The notes under the pieces are model-generated. The model did no database searches, was not told where the DNA came from, and was given only the letters and a program-made list of their open reading frames with translations. Shown piece by piece: positions 30,601-41,041 of a DNA stretch of 64,000 nucleotides (within the stretch, counting starts at the first letter, position 1; every line of letters begins with the position of its first letter). This stretch comes from Deltaproteobacteria bacterium. GTDB lineage: Bacteria > Lernaellota > Lernaellaia > JACKCT01. The stretch spans positions 45,248 through 109,247 of the forward strand of contig JAOSJX010000006.1 of NCBI GenBank assembly GCA_027493875.1, read 5' to 3'. A program made the position numbers and the translations under genes.

Positions 30601-33065
30601 CGTCTTCAGGCCCGTCGACGAACCGCGGTAGAGAAACGCGCGGCCCTCGTTGTTTTGGCCGGAATCGTAGAAGTTGGCGCCGAGGATGACGTCGTCGTAG
30701 CCGTCCGCATCCACGTCGCCCGCGCCGGCCACGCTGACGCCGAAGGCCGCGTTCGGCTGATTCGCCTCCGCGCTCCACACCGGCGACGCGATCGGCCCGT
30801 TGGGGCCGCCGTGAAACGCGAACGCGCGGCCCTCGTTGACTTCATCGGCATCGAAACCGCGCGCGCCCACGATGATGTCGGCGTAGCCGTCCCCCGTTGA
30901 CGTCGCCAGCGTTCGCCACGACGAGTCCGAATTCGGAGCCGCTCTGATTGCTTTCGATCACCGTCCCCGCCGCGGCCGCCAAGCCGCGGCCCGCGCCGTG
31001 GTACACGAAAGCGCGGCCCTCGTCGGCGAAGGAGCCGTCGTAGTCCGGAGCGCCCACCGCGATGTCGGCGAAGCCGTCGCCGTTCACGTCACCCGCGGCC
31101 ATCACGCTCATCCCGAAGTGCGCGTTGTTCTGGCCGCCGGTGCCGGACCACACGGGCGTCGTGGACGGGCCGGGTTTTCCGCCGAGATAAAGACGCGCCG
31201 ACCCCTCCGCGGACGTTCCGCCGAACGGCGCGCCGACCAGAAAGTCCGCGTAACCGTCGCCGTTCACGTCACCGGCCGGCGCGACGCTCGTGCCGAAGGC
31301 CACGCCCGCGAGATCGCTCTCGACGTTCCACCACGCCGTGGCGGACACGCCGAACGCCGATCCGAAAAACACCGCCGCGCGGCCTTCGCCCGCCTGCCCA
31401 TTCGAATAGCCGGGCGCGCCGGCGATCAGATCCGCGTAGCCGTCGCCGTTCGTATCCCCGGCCCCCGCGATGCCCGCGCCGAAAAATTCGCCCGTGAGCG
31501 TGCCGTCCTTGATCCACGAGGACGACCCGGAAAGTCCGGAGCTCGAACCGTGGTAAACGTACGCGCGTCCCGAATCCTGCACCGACAAATCAAAGCCGGG
31601 CGCGCCGACGGCCACGTCGCCGTAGCCGTCGCCGTTCACGTCACCCGCGGCGTCGAGCGCGTAGCCGAACATGGCGCCGGTCTGCGTGCCCTGGACGGCC
31701 CACGACGGCGAGGCCGCCGGCCCCGCGGAGCTTCCGTAGAACGCGTGCGCGAGGCCGCGGTCGGCCGACGCCCCATCGTAAAGCTCCGCGCCGACGAGCA
31801 CGTCCGCGTACCCGTCGCCGTTCACGTCTCCGGCCGACGCCACGGCCTGCCCATACGCCGAGTCCGGCTGGCCGCTCGCGTAGAACCAGAGGGGCGAGGC
31901 GCCGAGGCCGCCGGCCGACCCCGCGAAGACGTACGCGGCGCCTTCCGCCGTTTGCGTATCGGAGGCGCCCGGCGCGCCGACGATCAGATCGCCGAAATCG
32001 TCGCCGTTGACGTCGCCCGCCGCGGACACCGCCGCGGCGAACGCCATGTCCTGTTGGTCGCCCCGGGCCTCCCAGTCGGCGGTCACCGACAGCCCGGCGG
32101 CGCTTCCGTGAAAAACGAAAACCGCGCCCTCGCCGCCGAGACCGTTGTCGAAACCGGGCGCGCCGACGGCGAGATCGGCGAAGCCGTCGCCGTTCACGTC
32201 GCCCGCGGTCGACACCGAGGCGCCGAGACCCGCCGAGGCCGACGGCCCCGACGCCTGCCACGACGCCGGCGATGAAATCACCGGGTCGATGGTGACCGGA
32301 TAAATCGCGCCGTCATCCTGCACGACGATTCGCAACGAACCGTCCCATTCGAGACGCGCCGGCAGCGGCCGGCCGCCCGCGTCCCACGCGAAAGCGCCGC
32401 CGACGCGTAGCACCGCGCGCGCGGCATCGAAGAATTCCACGGCGCCGCCGCCGGCATCCTCCACGCCGTCGAGATCTCCCGCCGCCAGCACCTCGACCGT
32501 CAGCGGACCGATTCCGCCGGGCGCGGCCGGAACGACGTAGCCGAACTCGATCCCCTCGGGCCCGTTGTCGAACCATTCCGTGACGCCGCCGCGGGCGATT
32601 TCGACAACGCGCGGACAATCCTCGGCCATCCGAACCATGGCCGAGCAGCCGCCGAACGCGGGCGCCCCGGAGGGCAGGCCGGCGCGCGATCCGTCCCGTC
32701 CCACCGACACCGGCCGCAACATCATGCGCCAATCGCCGCGGCCCTCGCGGTCTTCAAGCTCGAGCGTCCCGTCCACCAACGCGCCGCGCAGGCTCCTGCG
32801 CCCGGTTGACGATGGAAAAACCTCCATCCCCGTCCGGACGGATGCGGTACTCCTCGGCCCGGATATAATCCAGGGCTTGTTCGGCCCACGACGCCACCGT
32901 CGGCCCGTCCGCGGCGTCGAATCCCGCGGCGGATTCCTCCGCCGCGGCCGAATCGGTGTCGGTAGGCCCGCCGTCGTCCGCGTTTTCGCACGCGACGAAC
33001 GGATAAACGGCCGCCGACAACAAAACGGCGATCGCCACAAGGCTGATATTTCGGTAAAAACGCAT
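27679..33065 (-). CDS. giant (~1800 aa) secreted lipoprotein: >14 FG-GAP (integrin-alpha beta-propeller) repeats, ~20 Myxococcus cysteine-rich repeats, acidic tail ending …DDDDDDGDAGCCGC*; at least two apparent frameshifts
   Basis: N-terminus with lipobox LLSAAVYPFVAC (ORF 32754..33065). FG-GAP units AGDVNGDGxADxxVGAP recur through ORF 30842..33040 and 27679..30870, joined at a c5 run ~30892-30896 (…AGDVNGDGYADIIVGARGFD). ~20 repeats of CxDDGxFCNGxExC(D/N). Tail DDDDDDTAGGDDDTFDKWDDDWD…EEDGDDDDDDGDAGCCGC*. Confidence 0.7.
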
Positions 33066-33160
33066 CGTCTGTTCGTCCGCCCACCACCAAATTCAGGGCG
33101 TACCCCGGGCCGAAACCCGCGAGTTCCATCAATAGTTATCGGCAGGCCGGGAGAGGATAA

Positions 33161-34228
33161 TTAGGCGAAAAGACGCGCGAATTTGGCACGATGAGAGGAC
33201 GGGATCAGAGGAATTTCGCGATTATTTCGGCGTATTTCCGGGCACCGGCGGCGTTCCAATGCGCGTGATCGGGCAGGAATTCCGCGGCGGCGGACTCGGC
33301 CTCCATGAAATCGACCAGGTTGAGCGCCGGAATGCCCGCGGCTTCCGATCGCCGTTTGATGTCCTGAAACCGCGCGTCGCGCATTTTCCGTTTTTTGAGG
33401 TCGGTGAAATGAACTTCCGCGCCGGCGATCACCGCTTTGAGCTCCGCGCCGTGATCGTTCGCCGCACGTTTCATGAGCGACAGGATATCGATCAGCCGCT
33501 CGATGCGAAACGCATTCCCGACTTTGCGGAACGGCTCGTAGCGGATCATGCGCCGGGGAAGAACATCGATGTTTCCGCGCCACGACTCCAGAAGCTTCTC
33601 GTCGATCTTCGGTACCGGAACGTTGGCCAGACGCAACGGGTCGATTTGCGTGATCACCGGTTTCGGATAGCCGTACGCCACCACGCATACCTGCTCTTCG
33701 AGATCGTTGTACGGATAGATGATGACGACCACCCGCGTCGGCCGCCGGAATTTCGGCAACCAACGGCGCAGCTGAAGATACTCCTGATCCGGCGCGTAGC
33801 CGGAAACGCCGAGATTTACGACCTGCAGCCGCGGCGCCCATCGACTTCTGAATCCGGTCCGTCATCGTCTCGCCGTCCGGCAGGCCGTATCCCCAAGCGA
33901 GCGAATCGCCGATCACGAGAAGGGACGCGCGGTCGAAATCCGGCATCGGGCCGCGCAGTCCGAGAGCGTTTTGCGCGATCGGAACGACGTCGGCGCCGAC
34001 GATCATCTCCCCGCGCGCGTTCGGTTTGCCGACCCAGCCGATTTCCGGATGGTGTTCGCAGAAGACCCATCGCTCGTTGCCGGGGTTTTTGATGCGGACG
34101 AGGGGCACTTCCGGCTCTTGGTCCCCCGTCCGAAAACCCGGACGAAAAATCAGGAGGGCCGTCATCAGCGCGGCGGCCGGCAGAAGGGCGAACAGAGCCC
34201 GCTTTCGAAAACGGTGTTTCGTGGTCAC
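33161..34228 (-). CDS. SGNH/GDSL-family hydrolase (paralog of 21578..22600); apparent frameshift near 33810
   Basis: LLVIGDSLAWGYG GDS block in the ORF 33161..34228 frame. The remainder (LQVVNLGVSGYAPDQE… then ORF 33205..33759, HAHWNAAGARKYAEII) is in the adjacent frame. Confidence 0.6.
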   Translation of the reverse strand: MTTKHRFRKRALFALLPAAALMTALLIFRPGFRTGDQEPEVPLVRIKNPGNERWVFCEHHPEIGWVGKPNARGEMIVGADVVPIAQNALGLRGPMPDFDRASLLVIGDSLAWGYGLPDGETMTDRIQKSMGAAAAGRKSRRFRLRAGSGVSSAAPLVAEIPAADAGGRHHLSVQRSRRAGMRGGVRLSETGDHANRPVASGQRSGTEDRREASGVVARKHRCSSPAHDPLRAVPQSRECVSHRAADRYPVAHETCGERSRRGAQSGDRRRGSSFHRPQKTENARRAVSGHQTAIGSRGHSGAQPGRFHGGRVRRRGIPARSRALERRRCPEIRRNNREIPLIPSSHRAKFARLFA

Positions 34229-34329
34229 GCGCTAACGATACCCGACAACCCCGCGGGCGCAACACCGGAGACCTAAAGTCCCCGGGGTTTCACCGCCGGG
34301 GAACTTCGCGTTCAATGATTCGTCAAGGA

Positions 34330-34992
34330 TCACCCTTCATAAATAATCGTCAGAACGATGTTTTCGAGCGTGTTGCTCACGTTCCCCGTAGCGTCCGTCG
34401 CCTCGATGTCGATCGCCGTTCGATACTCGCCGGGACCGTGGTCAAACGAGGACTCGGGGATCAGGACGCCGATCGCAACCTCCAAAGGCGTGTCGCAGTT
34501 TGCCGCATCCTCTTTCCCCGTGTTCAGAGTGCTCCATGGGAAGGGCTGCGTTGTGAAGTAAGGGTCCGCCGTGCCGGCGATATAAAACCACACGCCGCCC
34601 GGATCCGCCAGATCGCCGTCCGAATCGCAAACCGAGAAAACGATCTCCGTGCAGGCCGTGTCGCCGGTCGGAGGATTTTCACAGTAGGGGCCCCACGCAA
34701 TATTCGGCGGATTCCAGTAGCCGCTTGAGAGAACAGGTGTTCCGAACGGGATGCCGTCGTCATCAACACCGTCGTCGCCGCCCACGGCGTCGTCGTCAGT
34801 CACGTCGATGTCGTCCGGCGGCGTGTCGTCCGAAGATTCGCCGACATCGTCATCGTCGCCGCCGCCGCACGCCGTCACGCTGAACAGCGCGAAGACGTAC
34901 ACGATCGGAATCGCCGCGGCGAGCCACCGTATTGTTCCGCATCTCTGACGCATGATCCGCTCCTTCCTCGGTCTCGTCGTGGAGCCCCTCAA
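34330..34992 (-). CDS. lipoprotein with poly-Asp linker and conserved unknown ~140-aa C-terminal domain (paralog family member 1)
   Basis: Lipobox SVTAC, then GGGDDDDVGESSDDTPPDDIDVTDDD, then a domain alignable to the two downstream paralogs (…NGFW/YWNP…C…DPGG.WFY.AGT.D…NCD.PLE…GNVSN.L.N). Confidence 0.6.
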   Translation of the reverse strand: MRGSTTRPRKERIMRQRCGTIRWLAAAIPIVYVFALFSVTACGGGDDDDVGESSDDTPPDDIDVTDDDAVGGDDGVDDDGIPFGTPVLSSGYWNPPNIAWGPYCENPPTGDTACTEIVFSVCDSDGDLADPGGVWFYIAGTADPYFTTQPFPWSTLNTGKEDAANCDTPLEVAIGVLIPESSFDHGPGEYRTAIDIEATDATGNVSNTLENIVLTIIYEG

Positions 34993-35115
34993 TCCAGGAC
35001 GGATCGCGATCGGTCAGAAGAAAATTTTAACGCGGCGGAAAATTCGCGGGCGCGGGGCCGATAACAAAAACCCCGGGCGGACCCGGGGTTTTTGCTTCGA
35101 ATTGTTCTGTTTTCG

Positions 35116-35724
35116 TTAGCCGTTGTACGTCACCGTGGCGGTGAGGTTCGTCAGTTTATTGCTTACGTTCCCCGACGCGTCGGTCGCCTCGATGTCGATC
35201 GCCAGTTCGTAATCGCCGGCGCCCGAGCCGAAGAGATCCTCGCCCATCAACAGGCCGACGCCGGTTTCAAGGGGCGCGTCGCAATTCGTCACGTCCATCG
35301 CATCCGGATTCAGGTCGCCCCACGCGATCGACTGCGTCACGAAGAAGGCGTCGGTCGTGCCCGCCGCGTAGAACCAGGCGCCGCCCGGATCGGTCAGATC
35401 GCCGTCCGGATCGCACACCGAAAACAGAATCGCCAGGCATGCCGTGGTTTCGCAGTCCGCCGACCAGGTCACCGCGTTCGGGTCCCAGAAGCCGTTCGAC
35501 AGCACCGGAGCGTCGCCGGTGACGTCGTCGTCGCCGGTATCGTCGTCATCCGTGTCGTCGTCCGGAAGATCCGTGTCGTCATCGGGGAAGAAAGAGTCGT
35601 CATCGCCGTCCTCATCATCGTCGTCATCGTCGTCGCCGCAGGCGAAGACGCCGGCGAGCGCGAGGGTGAAAACCGCCGCGGCCGCCATCAACCAAAACCA
35701 TGTCCTTTTCCGCTGACTCATCAT
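35116..35724 (-). CDS. lipoprotein with poly-Asp linker and conserved unknown C-terminal domain (paralog 2)
   Basis: MMSQRKRTWFWLMAAAAVFTLALAGVFAC, then GDDDDDDDEDGDDD…, then PVLSNGFWDPNAVTWSADCETTACLAILFSVCDPDGDLTDPGGAWFYAAGTTD…VTYNG. Confidence 0.65.
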   Translation of the reverse strand: MMSQRKRTWFWLMAAAAVFTLALAGVFACGDDDDDDDEDGDDDSFFPDDDTDLPDDDTDDDDTGDDDVTGDAPVLSNGFWDPNAVTWSADCETTACLAILFSVCDPDGDLTDPGGAWFYAAGTTDAFFVTQSIAWGDLNPDAMDVTNCDAPLETGVGLLMGEDLFGSGAGDYELAIDIEATDASGNVSNKLTNLTATVTYNG

Positions 35725-35882
35725 CCGTTCCCTCCTATCGGGTTGTGAACGATGCCCCTGCTCCATCGCCATGACATTGGTACGGTCCGTGATTGTAACA
35801 TATCGGCGCATTCTTGAAAGACAAAAAAAGAAAGGCCCCGGGGCGAACCCCGGGGCCTCTTTTTGTCGTATTCGAGCGATTA

Positions 35883-36497
35883 TTAGCCGTTGTACGTGAC
35901 GGTCAACGTCAGGTTCGTCAGCTTGTTGCTCACGTTGCCCGCCGCGTCGGTCCCCTCGATGTCGGCCGCGAGCGTGTAGTCGCCGGCGCCGGAGCCGAAG
36001 CCGTCTTCGCCGATGAGCAGGCCGATGCCCGTCTCAAGCGGCGCGTCGCAGTTGGTCACGTCCATCGCGTCGGGGTTCAGGTCGCCCCAGGTGATCGGCT
36101 GCTCGACGAAGAACTGGTCCGTCGTGCCGGCCGCGTAGAACCACGCGCCGCCCGGATCGGTCAGGTCGCCGTCGGGATCGCAAACCGAGAACAGGATCGC
36201 CGTGCAACCCGTGGTCTCGCAATCGGCCGACCAGGTGAACGACGCCGGATCCCAGAAGCCGTTCGACAGCACCGGGGCGTCGCCCGTGGCGGCGTCGTCG
36301 TCATCCGCGTCGTCATCCGTCGCGTCGTCGTCGGCGTCGTCATCGCTGAAATCGTCGTCGCCGAAATCGTCGTCATCGTCGTCGTCATCGTCGTCATCGT
36401 CATCGTCGTCGCCGCACGCCGCGACCGCGCCGATGGTGAAGACCATGGCCAGAATCATGGCCACCAGAAGCACGTGCTTTTCGAAAAAGGCTTTCAT
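35883..36497 (-). CDS. lipoprotein with very long poly-Asp linker and conserved unknown C-terminal domain (paralog 3, ~85% identical to paralog 2)
   Basis: MKAFFEKHVLLVAMILAMVFTIGAVAAC, then GD(24)…, then the same domain. Confidence 0.65.
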   Translation of the reverse strand: MKAFFEKHVLLVAMILAMVFTIGAVAACGDDDDDDDDDDDDDDDFGDDDFSDDDADDDATDDDADDDDAATGDAPVLSNGFWDPASFTWSADCETTGCTAILFSVCDPDGDLTDPGGAWFYAAGTTDQFFVEQPITWGDLNPDAMDVTNCDAPLETGIGLLIGEDGFGSGAGDYTLAADIEGTDAAGNVSNKLTNLTLTVTYNG

Positions 36498-36821
36498 ATC
36501 GGGTGTTCCCTCCTTACCAGTGTTACGGTTCCGTTACGCCCCGTTTTTCTCGCGTTAATTTGCCCTGGCGCGGAACGTTCCGGGCCAAGGCCAGCAATCC
36601 ATTACCACAACGCAAAATGGGCGGTCAAGCGAAAATTACGTATCGGCGGAAAAAGCGTTGAAATTAATCGACAATTTATCTTCTTCAGGATGCCCGCAAA
36701 ACGCCCCCCGCCACTCCGATTTTGCCGCCATTCCAAAGGGTTGAAAAGCCGCGCCGATCTTGACCGGAACCGCTTTCGCTGGTACGCAAGGAAGAATCCA
36801 TTCGGCGGCACGCACACAACC

Positions 36822-38051
36822 ATGAAATGCCCGAAATGCGGCTTCGTCAGCTATAGCTATCTCGACAACTGCAAGCGCTGCGGCACGGACCTGACCGAGC
36901 ACAAACGCAAGCTCGGCATCAAGGACGAAGGGCCGATCGCACGCCCGGCGCCGGCGCCTGCGGTCGAGATCGAGACGGCGCGGCTCGCGGAACGCCTCGC
37001 CGAGGAGAAAGCCGCGCTCGAATGGAGCGGCGGCGCCTCGCCGAAGAAGCCGAACGCCTCCGGCGCGAAGCCGAGGAACGGGCTCGCGCCGACGCCGAAG
37101 CCCTGCGGCGAGCGGAGGAAGAAGCCCGCCGGCGCGCCGAGGAGGAATCGCGGCGGCGCGCGGCGGAGGAAGAAGCCCGGCGAAAAGCCGAGGACGCGGC
37201 CCGAGTCCGCCGTGAACAGGAGGAACGCGAAGCCCGCGAAAAAGCGGAACGCGACCGCCGCGAAGCCGAACGGATGTTGCGCGAACGCGAAGCCGCGGCG
37301 CCGCCCGTCGACGACGGCATGGCCGCCCCCGCGGCCGAACCCGCGATCCCGGAATCGCCCCGGACCAAGAACATGCCCGGCGCGGCCGATTATCTGGAAC
37401 TCCTGGCCGCGCGCAAACGCACTTTGCCGGAGGACGCCCCGGCGCCGGCCCCTAAAACCTTCGATTTTCCGCCTCCGGAAGAACCCGAAGACATCATTCC
37501 CTCCGACGGCGCGGACGAGGAAGAGGACGCCGCGGAAGACGAGGTCGCCGAAGAGGAACTCGACGACGAGCCCGAGGCGCCGGAGACGGAAACGCGCACC
37601 GCCCCGCGCTCGGCCGCACCGAACATCAAGCGCGGCGGCCTCACCGTCCGGACTTTCGGCGCGGCCGTGGATCTCGCAATCCTCGGCCTGGTGGTGGGAC
37701 TCTTTCTCCTCATCGGCCGGTCGCTGCTGACCGTCGGCGGCAGCGCGCCAGAATGGTCCGGCTTTCTTAAAATCACCGGTCCGATCTACATTCTCTTTTT
37801 TGCTCCTCGCCGCCGTGTACTACACCTTCTTCCTGGGCAGCACGGGCCAGTCGCCGGGGATGATGGTTTTCGGCCTCAAGGTCGTTAACCGCCGCGGCGA
37901 CACCATCGGCTACAGCCTCGCGTTTCTGCGCTACGTCGCCTCGCTGTTCTCGCTGCTCTTCCTCGGGATGGGCATCTGGTGGATTCCGCTCGACCTCAAT
38001 AAGCAAGGCTGGCACGACAAACTCGCCCAATCCGTCGTTATTCGCGTCTGA
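36822..38051 (+). CDS. zinc-ribbon – Glu/Arg-rich coiled-coil – RDD-family membrane domain protein; two apparent frameshifts
   Basis: MKCPKCGFVSYSYLDNCKRCGTDL (CxxC…CxxC) in frame 0, ERRRLAEEAERLRREAEE… in ORF 37022..37888, and the RDD domain FLGSTGQSPGMMVFGLKVVNRRGDTIGYSLAFLRYV… in ORF 37800..38051. The junctions are near 37020 and at a t6 run ~37793-37798. Confidence 0.6.
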
Positions 38052-38092
38052 TAAAAAAAACGCCGCGTCCTCATCGGAACGCGGCGTTTTCT
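38051..38092. terminator. bidirectional intrinsic terminator between the convergent RDD gene and sodA
   Basis: A8 (38053-38060), an 8-bp perfect stem cgccgcgt/acgcggcg (38061-38068 / 38079-38086), a 10-nt loop, then T4. Confidence 0.6.
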
Positions 38093-38721
38093 CGTTGACG
38101 GCGTTTGTTACTCGCGTCGGCGAAGCGCTTCGCCACGGCGTCCCAGTTCACCACGTTCCACCAGGCCTTGATGTAGTCGGGCCGTCGGTTCTGGTAGTTC
38201 AGGTAATAGGCGTGCTCCCACACGTCCAGGCCGAGCACCGGCACGTCGTCGCCGCTCATCACCGGGTTGTCCTGGTTCGGCGTGGAGGTCACGTCAAGCT
38301 TGCCACCCTTTTTCGCCACCAGCCACGCCCAGCCCGAGCCGAAACGCGTCGCGGCGGCGTTCTCGAATTTTTCCACGAACGCGTCGAAGCCGCCGAACGA
38401 GGCGTCGATCGCCGCGGCCAGATCGCCCGACGGCTTGCCGCCCGCGCCCGGTCCCATGACCTCCCAGAAGAGCGAGTGGTTCCAGTGGCCGCCGCCGTTG
38501 TTGCGGACCGCCGCGCGCTGCGCTTCGGGGATGGCTTCGAGGTGCTTGAGCAGGCTCGTGATATCCATGCTCTTGAACTCGTCGCCCAGGTTTTCGAGCG
38601 CCGCGTTCAGCTTGGACACGTAGGCGGCGTGGTGCTTGCCGTGGTGAATTTCCATCGTCCGCGCGTCGATGTGCGGTTCGAGCGCGTCGAAAGCGTAAGG
38701 AAGCTCGGGAAGGTTATGCAT
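38071..38721 (-). CDS. sodA: superoxide dismutase, Fe/Mn family, Mn-type signature
   Basis: [19 protein letters not shown] (GGGH as in SodA), NQD, and the DVWEHAYY metal ligands. Confidence 0.85.
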   Translation of the reverse strand: MHNLPELPYAFDALEPHIDARTMEIHHGKHHAAYVSKLNAALENLGDEFKSMDITSLLKHLEAIPEAQRAAVRNNGGGHWNHSLFWEVMGPGAGGKPSGDLAAAIDASFGGFDAFVEKFENAAATRFGSGWAWLVAKKGGKLDVTSTPNQDNPVMSGDDVPVLGLDVWEHAYYLNYQNRRPDYIKAWWNVVNWDAVAKRFADASNKRRQRENAAFR

Positions 38722-39112
38722 CGGAGACTCCTCTCGGAACGGGTTCTTTGTTCGCGTTGTTGGTATTTGCGTTATGGATTGGCGCCTTTGGGGGTCGGAA
38801 CTCCCGCCCGAGGCGAAAAAACCGGAACCATCGGCGTCGCTCTTAGGAAAAACCTAATCCTTCTTTATCCGAAGTCAAGGATATTGCTTATGATTTGTCT
38901 CACGCTTCCGCTGGTTTGCGCTCGTTTTTACAAACGGCGGAGAGGCAAAACAGGAGACGGCGGCCGGATCACTAATCGGTGGGAATGTGCTCGTCCGGCC
39001 CGGTTCCCATACCCCAGCCCCATGAATAAAAGTTCTGTTGCTTTGGATATTTGTGACTGAGAAGCGCGTGCCCGACGCACGGAACGTGGCTCGATTCGGC
39101 ATCGGCGGGCCT

Positions 39113-39475
39113 TTAGTTCTTCGCGTAAGCCATCTTAAACGAATACGCCTCCTCGTGTTTCGGCCAGACGAACTTGGACAGCACTTCGACGGCGCACGTC
39201 GTGTGGCCCTCGCCGACGTTCTTATTTTCGTCCACGAGAACTGCCTTGGCGATGCCGGTCTTGGGGTCGACACCTTCGACCGCATAGCGCACAAGAGCCG
39301 GCTCCTTAAGGTCCTTCGGAAAAGCGGGAAATTCCTTTTCGCAGTGCTCCCGAATGTCATGGATCGCTTGGCGCGACGCGTCTTCGTAGCTGACGTCTTT
39401 TGGTCGATCACCCTCGTCGGCAACGGCGAACGGCGCGATGAAAAGAAACAAAACGGCGAAAACTGCTTGGCGCAT
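39113..39475 (-). CDS. small secreted hypothetical protein
   Basis: Signal peptide MRQAVFAVLFLFIAPFAVA; a 120-aa ORF with plausible composition. Confidence 0.45.
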   Translation of the reverse strand: MRQAVFAVLFLFIAPFAVADEGDRPKDVSYEDASRQAIHDIREHCEKEFPAFPKDLKEPALVRYAVEGVDPKTGIAKAVLVDENKNVGEGHTTCAVEVLSKFVWPKHEEAYSFKMAYAKN

Positions 39476-39539
39476 GATCTCCCCCTTTTGCAGGTGCCGT
39501 GGGACCCTATCACAACGCGTCCACGACGTCTGTAACCGG

Positions 39540-41039
39540 TTAGGTTGCCCTCTCCGTTGCGTGCTCCGGCCGCGGTAGCATTTTAAAGGCCAAGAAACCG
39601 GCCAGCCCCCACCACGCGATCAGCGGAGCCAATGACAGCAGGCCCCCGTATCCTAATAGCTCCCCCAAGTTATAGGAGGACCACCATTCTTCCGGTTTTT
39701 CCAAGGACAACAACTCATCGGGGTAGAGCTTCGGTTCCGGCGGAAAAGGCGCGAGATTGTTGATGGACAAGACGCCGGATGTGAAATTCGGCGCGACGTA
39801 CTGAATGATCGGATTGGTCATGGACGCGATCTGCGGGCCGAAGGGATTCACCGAGACGACCATCAAGGTCACCGCGACGGAGACGGCCGCGAGCCCCGCC
39901 GCCGCCCTTCGGAGCCGTTTTCCCGCTGCGAAGACCGGAGCGAGCGCCGCCGCGAGGAACGGCATCGTCGGAATCAAAAACGTGGGCCGAGACACCAGCC
40001 GCCGTGCCACGTGACGTACGAAATATTGAACGCGAAGTACGCGGCGATCACGATCGTCGCGGGCAGCGCCGCGGCGCGGCGTTTCGGATCGCGCCACGTT
40101 ATCCAAAGACCGTGGAACGACAGCACCATCACCGGGCTGAGCCAAAACAGTCCGCGCACCGGCAATACCGTGATGGCAAGCAACACGGTCAACGACGGCG
40201 CAACCAGAACCCCCATCGCCGCGTTCGGATCGTCGAACATCGGATTCTGAAAGAGGTGTCCCGTCGTCACGACGGAACCGAAAGCGTGAAGGTTATACGC
40301 CGCCATCGCGATTGCCGCCGGAACGCCGCCCACCGCGAAAAGCGCTGCGTTGCGCCACCCGGCCCGTAGAACGGCGAGATACGCCAGACAGGCGGCGACC
40401 CCGAAAATCGCTATCGGTTCCGGAAAGCACCGCGTATCCCGCCGCGAAGCCCGCGAGGAGCCACCACCGTTTTCCGCCGAGGCGCGTCGCCCGTTCGATG
40501 GCGAAGACGGCCGTGGCGTAACACGACGCCACGATCACCTGTGCGTTGGCCGTCGATCCGTATAAAAATATCAGCGAACCAAGCGCGTAAACGACCGCCG
40601 CCCCGAACGCCGCCGCGGGCGGCGCATAACGTCGCATCCAGTGAAATAACAGCGCGACGCCCAGCGCCGCGAATAATGAGAACGACAGCGCCGTCATCGC
40701 GTGGGCCGCGGCCTGCGCGCCGGCGAACGAGTCGAAAGCGTTCGGAAAGAGTTTGTGAATGACGAAGTAAATCGGCACGGCGAACAGCCCCGATCCGGGA
40801 TTCTTGCCGAGATAGAAGTGGCCGTTCGCGCTCGCCCAGTCGCCCGTGTTGGCCCGGTAGTCGTCGATTTCCACGCGGTGCTGCTCGACGATCGCGCGCG
40901 TCATGTCGAGCGCCGCGTTCGGTCCCCAGCTCCCACCGTGAAAAAAATAGGCGTAACTGATCCAGGCGAGCGCGAAGAGAAGCGCGGCCAGACGGCCGTC
41001 GCTCGGGTTCCCCGCCACCGGCCACCGGCCACGGCTCAC
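39540..41039 (-). CDS. polytopic integral membrane protein of unknown function (possibly a glycosyltransferase-like or DUF-type membrane protein); two apparent frameshifts
   Basis: Real, highly hydrophobic sequence in ORFs 40293..41039, then 39974..40333, then 39540..40145. The junctions are near ~40410 and at a c-run near ~40005. Confidence 0.5.
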
Positions 41040-41041
41040 CG

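Noticed and set aside
26977-30900. 1307-aa plus-strand ORF
   Set aside because: Antisense of the FG-GAP / Cys-repeat gene. Arg/Ala/Pro-rich low-complexity translation, open only because the GC-rich sense codons lack stop complements.
36300-36430. Regular short repeats (GAC GAC GAT …) resembling a spacer-less array
   Set aside because: Coding poly-Asp tract inside a lipoprotein gene; no direct-repeat/spacer structure, so not CRISPR.
38875-39513. 212-aa minus-strand ORF, and a short plus-strand ORF beginning MICLTLPLVCARFYKRR at ~38890
   Set aside because: Low-complexity Arg/Ser-rich translation overlapping the better-supported small secreted protein gene 39113..39475; no RBS or conservation cues.
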